A DNA stretch of 64,000 bases from Raillietiella orientalis. Its lineage: Eukaryota. This document shows positions 28,213 to 39,650 of this stretch, piece by piece (the stretch's first letter is position 1; each line of letters opens with the position of its first letter). A program made the translations under genes and the position numbers. The notes beneath the pieces were generated by a model. The model was not told where the DNA came from and did not search any database. It saw only the letters and a list, made by a program, of their open reading frames with translations. The stretch spans positions 4,278,001 through 4,342,000 of the forward strand of contig JAYWIR010000011.1 of NCBI GenBank assembly GCA_036172245.1, given 5' to 3'.

Positions 28213-28829
28213 CCGTTCGCGGCGGCGTTTCTTTGTTCCACTCGAAAGCCTCCGTGCCGTTTTCCTTCCTCCCTCTCTAGCCGTGGGCAGCGGGCAACCG
28301 ACCTGCTGCTGCCTCTGCAGCTATTTTGGGGAATCGTTCCGTTTCGACATCTCGCAGCTTTTCCGTGGGTGACGATGTGCACCCCTCGTAGCCATGTTTT
28401 TTTTTTTTTCTTTTCCACCTCCATTTCTGCCGCCTCTTCGTGGAGTGAATCACGCGATTCGGACCCATTGATTCTCCCGTCCGTTGCGCAAATGCCTTCG
28501 TTTTTCCTTTTTTTTTTCGTTTTGTGGTTGAATGAGTGTGCTCGCGTGCGTTTCATGTATTCGAGAATCCTCTCGCTCGCTCGGAATTCTCCGCTTGTTC
28601 AGATGCTCTCCCTCTTTCTCCTCTCCCCCCTCTCACACGCGCACACACATACAGTGACCACGGGCGCAGTGTGTCGTGCGTGCTGCTGCGAAGCTGTCAG
28701 GGAAGGTCTTTTCCAAAATCTGCCGTTTCAGTGTACCCCCCTCAGAAGATTCAGTATCCATACAACTACGGATACGGTTATCCTGGACCATATTACTATG
28801 GATCTCAGTGCGGACCGTACAATTACTGA
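22254..28829 (+). CDS. Claudin-like (PMP22/EMP/claudin superfamily) four-TM protein, about 285 aa, with a Tyr/Gly/Pro-rich tail
   Basis: Exons 22254-22379, 23912-24032, 26387-26497, 26765-26902, 27346-27443, 27500-27665, 28732-28829 total 858 nt in frame. Signatures: AFGTDNW, TRGLFRIC...C, YDWSYVISW and four hydrophobic segments. AATAAA at about 29064. Confidence 0.9.
25215..25435 (+). mobile_element. Headless internal fragment of the tRNA-headed SINE-like family
   Basis: GGAGGCGTCCCTTCGGGATTCTCTTCCGAGGAGG...GGAGCGGTTCC matches about 56778-56830 and 54172-54220. It lies in intron 2 of the claudin-like gene; boundaries are approximate. Confidence 0.6.
26525..26567. repeat. (TG)n microsatellite
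   Basis: About 21 perfect TG units just after claudin-like exon 3. Confidence 0.95.
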
Positions 28830-29525
28830 GGCTGCTGTTTGCGGCCGCCAAATTCGGTTTCGAAAGCCGAAGCTGTGCTTCGCCTGCAACATCGCGTCGT
28901 CGTCGTCGTCGTCGTCGTCACGGAAGAGGACAAACAAACAAACACACACAAAAAAAAAAACCAAAACGAAAAAAAAAAAAGAAAGACATGGCGCCTCAAA
29001 GAGTTTTTTTTTTTTTTTTCCTACTGCAGGACCAAATAGACTCTTTAATATTTTATATGGATGAATAAATATGTGAGTCATTGTATTGTCGCGTCGAATG
29101 CGCCTCCGCATAGCCGGGGGGCGCGCGTGGGAAGCGGAATGCCTGCTCCTCCTGACCTAGGAAGGGATGCGCGGCTCCGTTCTTGCTAGGCATAGCCGGG
29201 CGTGCTGATGCGGTGGTTCTCGAATCTGCTTCCGGTTGATTCGGACCAATGGGCCCGTGCTCTCTCGTCCTTCTCCTCCCACCTTCGCCACGGAGCCTTG
29301 CAGGTTGGGGGGGGGAGTCGAGATGGGCACGCGCAGCAAGGAACTATCCTGATGCGGCAGATCCTGATGCCCCCGCCGCCTCTACTCCTGCGCCGGGGCA
29401 CCGCCCACCCGCCCGCCATCTCCCCATCCCACCTGCAGATCTTCCCGACCCCCCGGGCTTTCGCGTCTCCTGCCCTTTACAGGTTTTCCCTCTCTCTTCC
29501 GGCGGCTGCTGCTGCAGAGCGGAGG

Positions 29526-30978
29526 AGATCCGGAACGCGAGAGCAGCAGCTCCTCTCCGTAATCTCTCGTTCCCGATCCGAAAGCCAGGAGAGCCCACGG
29601 AAGGCGTCCCCGTAGCCTCCCCAACTCACAGGAGGGCTTCGCGGTTCTCAACGCAAACAAATGAGGGGAAGCACCACCCCAGAACCGAAAGGTTTTCGCA
29701 TCCCGTCGTTCCCAAAGGGGTGGGAGAGGTGGCGAATCTTCGAGGGAACGAAAATCCCTTCCCCTCCGTCTGCAACCGTTCAAGGACCCGTGGTGGTGGG
29801 CGGGTCGTGTCTCGGCAGGGGGCGCTGGACATCTTTCTTCCCTCTTTTACACCGAGCAGGGCAGGGACGGCAGGAGGACAAGGGTCAGCCGCCGAAAGAG
29901 AGGCGCCAGGCGAGGTTCTCAAGCAGCGAGACGTCAGGAGGAGGAGCGGGCGCCCGGCCGTAGCTCGTCTGCGACCGAGGGGAATCCGTTCCGCGTCGTG
30001 GGTCGTGGGGTGGCCACTCCCGCGGCGGGCTGGCGGTCACGGTTCAGGAGGATGAGCAGAGGACCTGGTCGCGGTCGCCGCCGCCGTAGGCGTGGGCGTC
30101 AGCACGCTCTCGTTGCGGCTGGTGCTCGGCTCCGTCGCGCGCGTCGACGCGAGCGCTTTCGAGGCCTGGTCCCTGCCGGCGGCGGCGGCGGGGCAAGGCG
30201 GGGGGGGGGGGACTCCACCGCTTTTCGTCTGGTCGCCCCAGTTGCGGAGAAGAGCAACAGGGGGAAGCTCACGGATGCCTCCTGCCGAGCTGGAATTTTT
30301 TGGCTCGGGAGCGGCGTTCCGTGGCGTCACCTTCAGCAGAGATATGCTGGGCCCGAACTGCTGGGGTGGACTGCCCTCGTCCTTCGCTTCGGGCTGCCCT
30401 TCAGCAGAGATCCCAGCGGGTCGGGGCAGCAGCTCCTCCTCCTCGCCCTGGAAAAACCGTTCCGCCCGGGCTGTTCCGGGGCGCCTTCCGGGGTCGAAGC
30501 GCGCTCCCTTCCTCCCTAGAGAAAGCGACTTTTCCGCTCAGGAGGGTGCCGGAGGCGGGGGTCAGGAGAACGAAGGTCACGACCTGAGCGAGGAAGCAGG
30601 GGTGGAAGGAAGCGGGGGAGCTCCGGGACAGCGCGCGGATTACTCCGAGGGAGGACCCGGAGATGGCGCAACAGTCGGGAAAAAAAAAAAAAAAAATGCG
30701 GGGCCGGCGGAACGCGCGCGCGCGGCAACAACCTGACTGCGTGCGTTTCGCGCAGACGGCGCGACGGCAGATGGGAACGGCCGTGCCGCCGCGACGACGG
30801 TGGAATGCCGCCGACGCCGCGCGCGCTCCCCTCGGAAAGCCGATGTGTGCTATGAACACCCTCCCGGTCCACCTCTCTTCGCCGTAGCCGGCCAGATCCG
30901 GAACGCGAGAGCGTCAGCTCCTCCCCGTAATCTCTCGTTCCCGATCCGAAAGCCAGCAGAGCCCGCAGAAGGCATCCC
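29526..30978. repeat. 85-bp direct repeat pair (29526-29610 and 30894-30978)
   Basis: AGATCCGGAACGCGAGAGC...GAAGGCRTCCC; 7 mismatches counted by eye, no gaps. Confidence 0.9.
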
Positions 30979-32811
30979 TCACCCTCCCCAAAGGCCCAGA
31001 GCCTTTTCTCTTCTTCTCGCCTTGGTCCTGTCGGAGGCGATTCGGCGGCGGAGCCTTTCGCTGCCCCCGCTTTGCACTCCTCGCAGCTCCCTTCGGAGCC
31101 TTCCGGGATGCCGGTGGGTGGTCGAAGGCCGTGACCTCCCAGGGGAAGGAGGCGACAATCTCGTTCGACTTTCGGAGCGGCTCCTCGTGGACCCTAGGAT
31201 TTTCCCGGAAGAAGCGCGCGATTCTCTCAATCCGGTGCGCGCGCCTGCACACGAAGGGTTTCTCCCTCCCCCCCCCCCCCCATCTTCCCTCTCCCCGAAT
31301 CCTCCCGGGCAGGTGCATGCCGGTCTCACCGGTGCGTCGTCTCGCAGCGCTCCGTGGCTGCAGCGGACTCCGTCCAGGTCGGAAGGATGGCTCTCTTTCT
31401 TCCCCTTCGAAGATGCTCCCTCCCGCGACGAGAGAAAACCGATGCCCCTTCGCGACGGGCCGGGAGATTTCGGAGGGCGAGTGCGCTCTGCGCCTCGACC
31501 GATCCAATCGCCCGGTTCATCGAAACGAAGATCAGCACCTGAGTTCGCAGCATCCTCACCATCTTTTCTTCTTCTTTTCGAGTTTTCCCTCATTTCCGAA
31601 ATGCTGACGGGTCTCCCCGATTCTCCGTTGGTCAGTTCTTTACTGCACAGCGTGCGTTCCTGTGCACAGTGCACGGCGTCCAGTGTGCGTGCACGCGTAC
31701 GTGTCGACAAACATATGCAGAGTAGGCCTCCGTATAACACGGGGAATGCATTCCTCGCTATACGAATCCGCGTTATACGGGCCCCATGGGTTATGTACAT
31801 GGATAATGTGATAGTACTTCGACAAGATAAAAGGCCGTTAAAACGTAAACGTCCTAACAGTAGAATGGCTATTTTACTTTAGAAAAATAATAATAATAAA
31901 GCTGCTTATTATTTAATTTGAAGTGAAAAAAAAAAATTCAGAGTGTGTTGCTGTTTAATCAATTGAAACGATCCTATTTTTTAAGCGATTCAATTCTCGT
32001 TGTTGAAAATATATTTTGACGACACAAAAAGGAAGTGTTTTTATTAGAACGTGAAAATAACAAAAAAAATTCAACCTACTTCAACCATATGGTGGTATTT
32101 TTTTTCTTTTCTTTTTTTTTAAAAAAAAAAACAACAGCCGAACCTATACTACGAAATTGAATTTCTTCAGCAGCCTGTGAGGCGCTGATTAACCTCTTAG
32201 GAGTGTCGCCATTTTTTTCTGCGTCTTACGGGGGGGGGGGGGAGAGGAGGAGGAGGTCCGCTAAACACGTGACCAGGAGCGTTGGCTCGCACTCTCCAGT
32301 GCGTTGGCCTGGAGTGCGGCTCCTGCCTCCCTCTCAACGTCTGGCGGAATGCCCCCGAAACGCCTCGAGCTGCCCAGTGGAACGAAGACCTGGGCGCGCT
32401 TCACGTGGAAAGGGGCTGGGGGGCCGGGAGTGAAGCGGCTTCCTTCCATCCCTACCGCTGCAATGGACCCAGGAGGCGGGACGAAGAGGAATCACGGGAA
32501 AAAGCAATGGTGGCAGGACAAGCCGGAGACTGCGAGCGATTTTTCCAGCTCCTCGGAACGATTTTTCCCACGGGTGGGAACGCAGTGCTTCTGTGGCCCC
32601 CTTCGGAGGCACGCCGGCTGACCTCGGAGGCGCCAAAATCAGCCGTCTGTTCAAAGCAATTCTAACAGTAAGCACAAGAAGGCCTTTTCCGGTTCGTTCC
32701 TTCACCGTTTACCAAGTCAACCTGGCGGTCGATCTAAAAGGAAACAACGTGAGAGTTCTTCTCCTTCCGGTAAATACGAAGGGGGGCCTCGTAGATGGGG
32801 TGAGGTAAAAC

Positions 32812-33048
32812 AGCGTGGCCACATGGCCCGTGGTCACGGTCTCCGCCCGTGGCACCACCAAACGTCGCGGGTTCGAATTCCTCCTGCAAGATGACGCTGG
32901 TTGGCTTCTATTCATTCGTATGCGGCACTGGTAGCGGATAAAACCGGATGCCCCCAATGAGGGCCGGGACAATGGGAGTCGACCTTCGGGTCCTTCCAGG
33001 AATCAAGGAATGGGGAGTTCCCGCCTCCGGTTGTGCAAAGGAGTGGAA
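32812..33048 (+). mobile_element. tRNA-derived SINE-like element, copy A (3'-truncated, internal deletion)
   Basis: A-box-like TGGCCCGTGG and B-box GGTTCGAATTCC at 32870. The body CTCCTGCAAGATG.CGCTGG...GGCCGGGACAATGGGAGTCGACCTTCGGGTCCTTCCAGGAATCAAG is shared with copies B and C. Confidence 0.75.
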
Positions 33049-36000
33049 TTGTTGAACGTGCTTCGGGAACAATTTGGGAAGCAATTAAGGTAGGTAGTGT
33101 CAGAACCTTTTGCTCGTGGGAATCGTAGAACGCTAATTTGGCTTCGGTCCGCGATGACCTGTCCCACGTTCCAAAAGGGGGCTTCTTCTTCAAGAAAGCG
33201 GAAGGAGTAATCACAGGTCCGCGTGCAGGAACTTTTTCGATTTCCGCCTTCGGCTGGTCGTGTGGCTCGTCTGCTTGCCAATCGGAGGGTCGCAATCACA
33301 TCTCTGTGAATAGTTGTCAGCAGCCTGGCTGCAAACCTCCACGCAGTTTGGTCACTCGAAAGCAACAAATCCCATTTACGGTCCGTTTAAGTTCCAACAC
33401 TGAGGAGGGGCACCAGACGACCTCCCCACACCACGTCGGTGAATGCGAGACTTCTGCTTTCGAGTCCTTCCAACCAACGTGACTACTTGGGACCATGTAC
33501 CTGTATGAATCTAGATGGATCCGGTGAAATGTCAGATGATTTTTCAGTGAATTTCAATCGTACACGAATAGCACCCGGGAGGTGGGGTATTCTCACATAC
33601 CCCACATTCCGTGTGTTAATAATACGTCAACTCTTTGCGATCCGTGTGAGCCAGAATGGATTTCGTCGTTCCCAAAACCACACAAGAAAGCCAGCTAGAA
33701 TTCACCTAAGCACAAGGATGACCGTCTTGTAGACAACACTTCCGTCCATCATCAGATCAAAGTACTTCAACAAAGGCTGAATCAGAGACTGCATTCAAGC
33801 ACCTTGCAGTACCTTGGCTTCTGCACCGTCTATCGCTCTAACGCCCAGATTTGATTGCTAATCTGCTTAACATTTTTCCCGGGTTGCACCATTGGCTGAG
33901 GTAATTCTAGGTTGCCGCATTCATTTCTGAGGAATTTTTCTCAGCACCTGTAATCGGTCGTTCAACCATCTCATCAAAATTTGTTTGCCTCTTAGCCGCC
34001 ACCCTACCCGATTCAAGGGTGTGCTTCCTTCCGTCTTTAATTAGAACACGAAACACGACCAGGATTCCTTGCACGGGTTTAGGTTTACTGTGCGATGAGG
34101 TGGTCCACATATTTCAGAAATCGTAGGCAATCTTCAAGGTAACTGTACTGTACCAACGCTCGATCAAGCGATTGATTGTAAACACTGTTATTTCATAACC
34201 TCCAGAGCCAGACAGTCTGTGTGCTCGCTAGGAGAAATCCTTTGATGGATGGCAACCACTTGAGTAACCCAACCTAAAGCAGCGTACGGCATTCAAATTA
34301 TTATACACGCATTGCCCTAATAGTTGAGCAAGAGAGCTCAATGAATAATGACATTCACATACACTCATAACCAAAATCAAGCACTCGAGACTGGCTGCCT
34401 CAGCTCTTCATGCTGCTTCCGAAAGAGACAAACAAAAACGAGGGGGAAAAGCGCATGCAGTCAGCAGGCGCCGAGTCTATTGCTTGCGAGAATTAATGCA
34501 AACAGATGAAGAGAATTCTACCATAAGTAGGGAAGATGCCTTTCGATAATCTCCTGGGGACCTGGTTTTCCTCCGCGTACACACTGCATACCATAGATGA
34601 AGAAGAGGTCGTTCCTAAAACACACATTCTTGACTCGATACGTGCGATCTTGCCTCGGAATCTAACTGACGTGTGGTCGAAAACAGATCCCGGATTCGAC
34701 AGATCTGAGGTTGAAAACAGAAAGCAGATCTCTGAATTTTAATTGAGTCTGTGGTTGTGGTAGAAAGATTCCAACACCCAACTTGGGAAGATTTGGGATG
34801 AAGGATCAACAAGAAGAACACGTCCGCAGCCATCGAATATTTTCCTCTTGCCGACAGAAGCGTTTCGTCTCTTCCATTTAACTTTGATCACAGGGGCATT
34901 CTTGCGTCTTTGCGGTATACGGGAGTGCAAAGAATGACTTGCCTAAAAAAGCTCTTTTGATCACAGTGCAAATATCGAAGGGATATGGCAACTCTGCCTT
35001 ATTGTGATAAGTCATGTACAGCAAGTTCTCAGTTGTCGGACGCTCTGTCAACTGTCACCTTAGGTACGTGTCCCGTCTTTTAAAAGTGCGTTCCTTCTCC
35101 CCCCCTCATCATCCAAACTGCCTCTTAACACGCACTGTTAACAAGAGTTTCTTAGCAAGTTCCCGTTTACATTAATGTAAAATGAGGCAAGTTTAATTTC
35201 ATAGTAAACAAACAAACAAACAAACAGCTGGGTTGTGCTTCCATTCGTTACGGTACAAGAGGTGTAGTTCAGATGTGAAGACGATTAAAACGTAACCAAA
35301 TGTCGGTTTCAAGGGTGTTCGTTACATCCTTAGCTTCACGGGTGACGTATAATCAAAGGCTTCCTGGAATCTGGAGCAATGGCATCGCTTGATCCTCAAA
35401 CCTTCGTCACTGGAGTGTGTCGCATGGGAGAGTGTCTGCACAACAGAACTACGTGGAAACGAACTTTTTCCTTTTTTGATATTTTGTTTATGCTATTTAG
35501 GGGGTAACTCAAAAATGTTTCTCCATTGTTTGTGGAACTTTTTCATCGGTACAAAGCTCTTGCAGATGGGCGGCCGTCTGTGAAAGAACACATCCCTCTA
35601 AGGGACAGTGTCTAGCTACAGAACCAAAGTGATTAGGCAACGAAGGCTCAAGAAGTGAGCTTGGATGATTCTATAATGCTTCAAGAGAGTGGTCACCGTT
35701 GCCAGCATGCGGGTCTTTGAGGGTTTTGAGTAGCCGAGTGCGGGTTACTCTGATCAATGATTTTCGGAAATGCCACACTCATATCCCCCTCCCCCCCCAT
35801 GATGCCTGATGTTTTGGTCGCGAACGGCTCCAAGAATACCCAGCTATAATCTCAGTGTATGAGAATTTTTCCACATTTGCTGCGTTAGAAAAATCCATCT
35901 CAATGAGAACTGTACGAAAGTTGCTGCAACATGTACACATTTTCCTTCCCAAAACGGCCTGCAGCCCATAAGGAAGCGTGAAAAACGTACAAACAACACA

Positions 36001-38399
36001 TTGAAACCATTCGCACCTCGGCTAATTCTGGAAAGCAAATCGAATGTTTGGACGGCGAAGAGAAACTTCTGTCGAAGAAGTCTGGGCTGAGTCGCGATGC
36101 AAAGGTGGGGAGATGCGGCTGTACATTTTTGCAGGTTCAGGGGTTGAATTCCGAAAGAAAATGCTCGTGAAGCTTCAATAGGACGTACACATTACCATAT
36201 GTTTAGTAGGCGGAAGGTCCTTCTGGAAAAGAATTCAAAGCATGGAAAAATCAAAGCAAAATGGAGGTTCTATTTCCCCTCCCCCAAAATCTCACGGTGT
36301 GTTCATTTTGAAAAGGTGAAGTGAGACCAAAGAGAAGTAGTGAGGCGTTTCATATTTTATCCTTGCCTCAAAAGATCGCATTTTTGGAAGTACACTGAAG
36401 GCACCACCCGCCGCCGAGCACCAAACCGTACATTTGTTTACGAAATTCGTTTCCAAAGTCTTCCATTTAAGGGAACCGCAGCAACGCATGATAATCGCTC
36501 ACGCGGCCATTTTGGGTTAGCTCGAAAGATCCGAAGGGAACGATTCCGCGTCTCTTGCTATAAACGGTCACTATCAGTAGGACATTCAGACTGTACGCTT
36601 TGGACTTTACATCATTTGTAAATACTCACAGGGTATATTCATTTTTCCGTTACATAGTCAACTGGAGACGCATATGAGACGTTTGTTGGTTCATAGGCTG
36701 TCTTGTACGTATGTTTGTTGCATAATGTATTATTACCACAAGTGTGATGAGCACGTATGATATCGCCATGAATTATTATAAATACATTGCACAAATGTGT
36801 GTACTCACATTGTGTACACAAATAAAACACTCATCATTTTTTATTAATAAATACGATCCACTTATTTGGGATGGGAACGTATAAAATCATTGTGCTCAGA
36901 GTGTTCAGAAGTGAATAGCGACAGATCTGGAACGTTGGAACGAGCAATGTAATTAAAGATTGTTGCTTATGGAACTTTGCATACATTCTAAAGCCGTGCT
37001 TTTTACTTTTTTGTGTGGACAATAATCGTAATTTGAATTTGGAAATTCCTTCCAAAGCTAAATCGTACTTTGCAAACTTCGAATCTGGAGAACCAGTCTG
37101 TAACGTTCCAGCAGTCGAATTTCTCCGTGACACCTGAGATGAGACGCAAAGAATATCTTCTGCTGTGAAACTCTAGAAGCGATCGAACTCGAGACCTGTA
37201 CTCTGAAACAAGCAAGATTTCTAACTGAAGGATGACTGTCTATTGGAGCTTTCATATCTAGAGCGTTTGCATGTCTTCTAGCATCTTCGATTACGCAGTA
37301 GGCCGACTGCAAAGAGTCTAGATTGATCAGAGACTCGACAGAACTGAGTTATTTCATATTCATTCTCGAGATGAACGAAAATAGAGTAAAGAGTAATTGG
37401 AGATAGATCATTAGTGCTATTCAAACAGAGCAATATTCAGTTACAAAACTACTGAATGTGATTGAATAGTCAGATGAACTTTTTGACATCTTCCATCAAA
37501 GTTTCAAACCACCGAATATGTAGTAATATGTTAAGGGTCGATGATCCTTAACATGGAGTTATTCCTTTGAAAGCTTTGGAACGATTCTTTGAATTTGAAG
37601 GTGTTATTTGTAATAATTTCTATGCTCAGAATACTAAAAGAGCTGGTGTTTTTTATTCAAGTCTGTTTTAGATGATTTGAAATGAAAAATTAGGCGTCTC
37701 GCTGGCATGGTCATTCACCCAATTTCCAAACATTTATTGCGTAAATACATGATTCACATAATCAATTTCATGAGATAAGATTGAATTATTATTTATAATT
37801 ATAATCGAAATCAAAAGTAGAAAGGCAAGCTAATGCTCATGAGCTGATAAATCGACAAGTTGCATTGTTTTATTCATAACTTTGTCTACACTGCTGTGTT
37901 TCTATGTGTGCCATAGGTCTACTGCTCATGAAAATCTTTTCCCTGTTTTCATATTTTATTATGCCGTAAGATGTTTCTCCCATTACTCTTTTGTGAGTTC
38001 ATGCTTACCTAAGCTGCTTACACGATGTTTTCTTCATTAAATTATAACCCACATTTGCGTAAATTGAAGACATCTTTGTTATGGGTCTAATCAACTTCTT
38101 TAAATACCAGTCGAGTATGTCAATTTGGATTAGGCTACTGCCTCGTCATTCCAAGGATGGGGAATTCCCAAGTAGGCATCTACAAGATCATGCTGGTGAC
38201 AAAAGGGAATCAATGATGTTGACTTGGCATCTATGCAGTGTTTATTGTGACTTTGAATGGAGGAAGGTTCTGTTGGCCGAACGCAAACATGCAATTCGAT
38301 GGTAGCTGCTTTTATGGTTCCTTATTCTAATTAACTTTAGGATTTAGAAGGAATCCACGATTCGAAAGGAAAAATAAGAAATTTCATGTACTCTTTGCG

Positions 38400-39650
38400 G
38401 CATGCCGTCGATTTGATCGGAGCGTTATGTATTCGGGGGAAACGAAAGTTCATCTCATGCCCATCTGGCGAAAAAGTAACGGTGTCCTTATAAATTATTT
38501 ACGCTAGTTTTTTTTTTTTTCATTGCCTTGTCTGTCTGTCTTTTTTCTTTTTTCCCTAGTCAGGTTTAAATTTATCCGAGTGATGAATGTGGTGATGTGG
38601 CACAACCGTCTACTCGCAGCGCTGCGTGGAGAGTCGAGCATGAAAGTAAGGCGATCATCACCTCGGCGAAATTGGCATTGATTTGAATTCTTTTCTCTTC
38701 GAACGCGTCTTGGAGCACATGCCGTCGAAGCCGTAGCAATCGAATGAAAAACATTTTCCATTCTTTGGGAAAAAATTGCTGGAGTCCAAAATTTCTCCTT
38801 TTTTTTTTTTTTTTTCTTCTTCCCTTTTAGAGAGCAGCTACGGGAGTAATGCGATCGTTTTCGTGTTCCGTTCAGGTGCGAATCCGTGCTGTTGCCTGCG
38901 ATGGCGAGTAATGGCATAAAAGTTGCTGATTTCATTTCGACGACTGGGTTTCCAACGAATTTTCCGGCAGTCACATGGTCCGAAGACAACAACGTGGCTT
39001 TTCTGACACACACGGGAATACACATCTTTGTGAGTATGCATTCAACGTGTTGCGCCGCGAAACGGCTTCGTGTACACACGTGAATTCGGTGTACACGCTC
39101 GGTGCAGCCCAGCCGTGTCCTTTATTTTGGCATCTTGACGTCATCGGCAATAACAAATTTAATCGCGGACCCCCCTTTTTTCGTACGCTCTGTACGGAAG
39201 TTCTGTTTAATGAGTCTTGTTGCGAGTCCCTATGCCTTTTGCCGGTTGAACTTGAAAGTGTACGCGAGCGCCCGTTCTTTGTACGTAGCCGTGTTCACTG
39301 ATTTTCAAGGCCGTGAGTTGGTGCAGTGCATTCGTGAGCTTGCGACGGAAAGCCTTTGGTCAAGGTTTCATCTGGAAGGGGTTCATTTAGAAGACATTCG
39401 TGAATTACGGACGAGACCTTAACCGGGGTTGTGGAACACCAACGCAGAGATGTGAAGAGTTTTAGGAAAAATTCTCTCTGAGCGTTTGACTTGGCTTTGT
39501 AATCGTGCATCAGTTCCTAAAGTTGAACTTTGACTGCTTATCTTGACCTTATACTTCGTTGAAGTTCGATGTGCTAATTGTCACTTCCAAACGAGTCATT
39601 GTTTGCTGATTTTGAATTTCGTTTCCGCAATGTTTGTGGAAGGTATGAAC
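38400..39650 (+). promoter_or_regulatory. CpG-rich promoter region around GTF3C4 exon 1, possibly shared with ITFG1 and Gemin6
   Basis: CpG-dense block spanning the first coding exon; CpG density falls sharply from about 40400 across all downstream coding exons. Confidence 0.5.

Noticed and set aside
31250..31270. C2H2 zinc-finger linker-like EKPFVC on the minus strand
   Set aside because: No second Cys or correctly spaced His pair follows.
27670..31882. Many long overlapping ORFs (e.g. 28102-29064, 29249-30055, 30800-31882, 30979-31800)
   Set aside because: Expected in very GC-rich, low-complexity DNA on both strands; they cross homopolymers and show no domains. Only exon 28732-28829 is supported.
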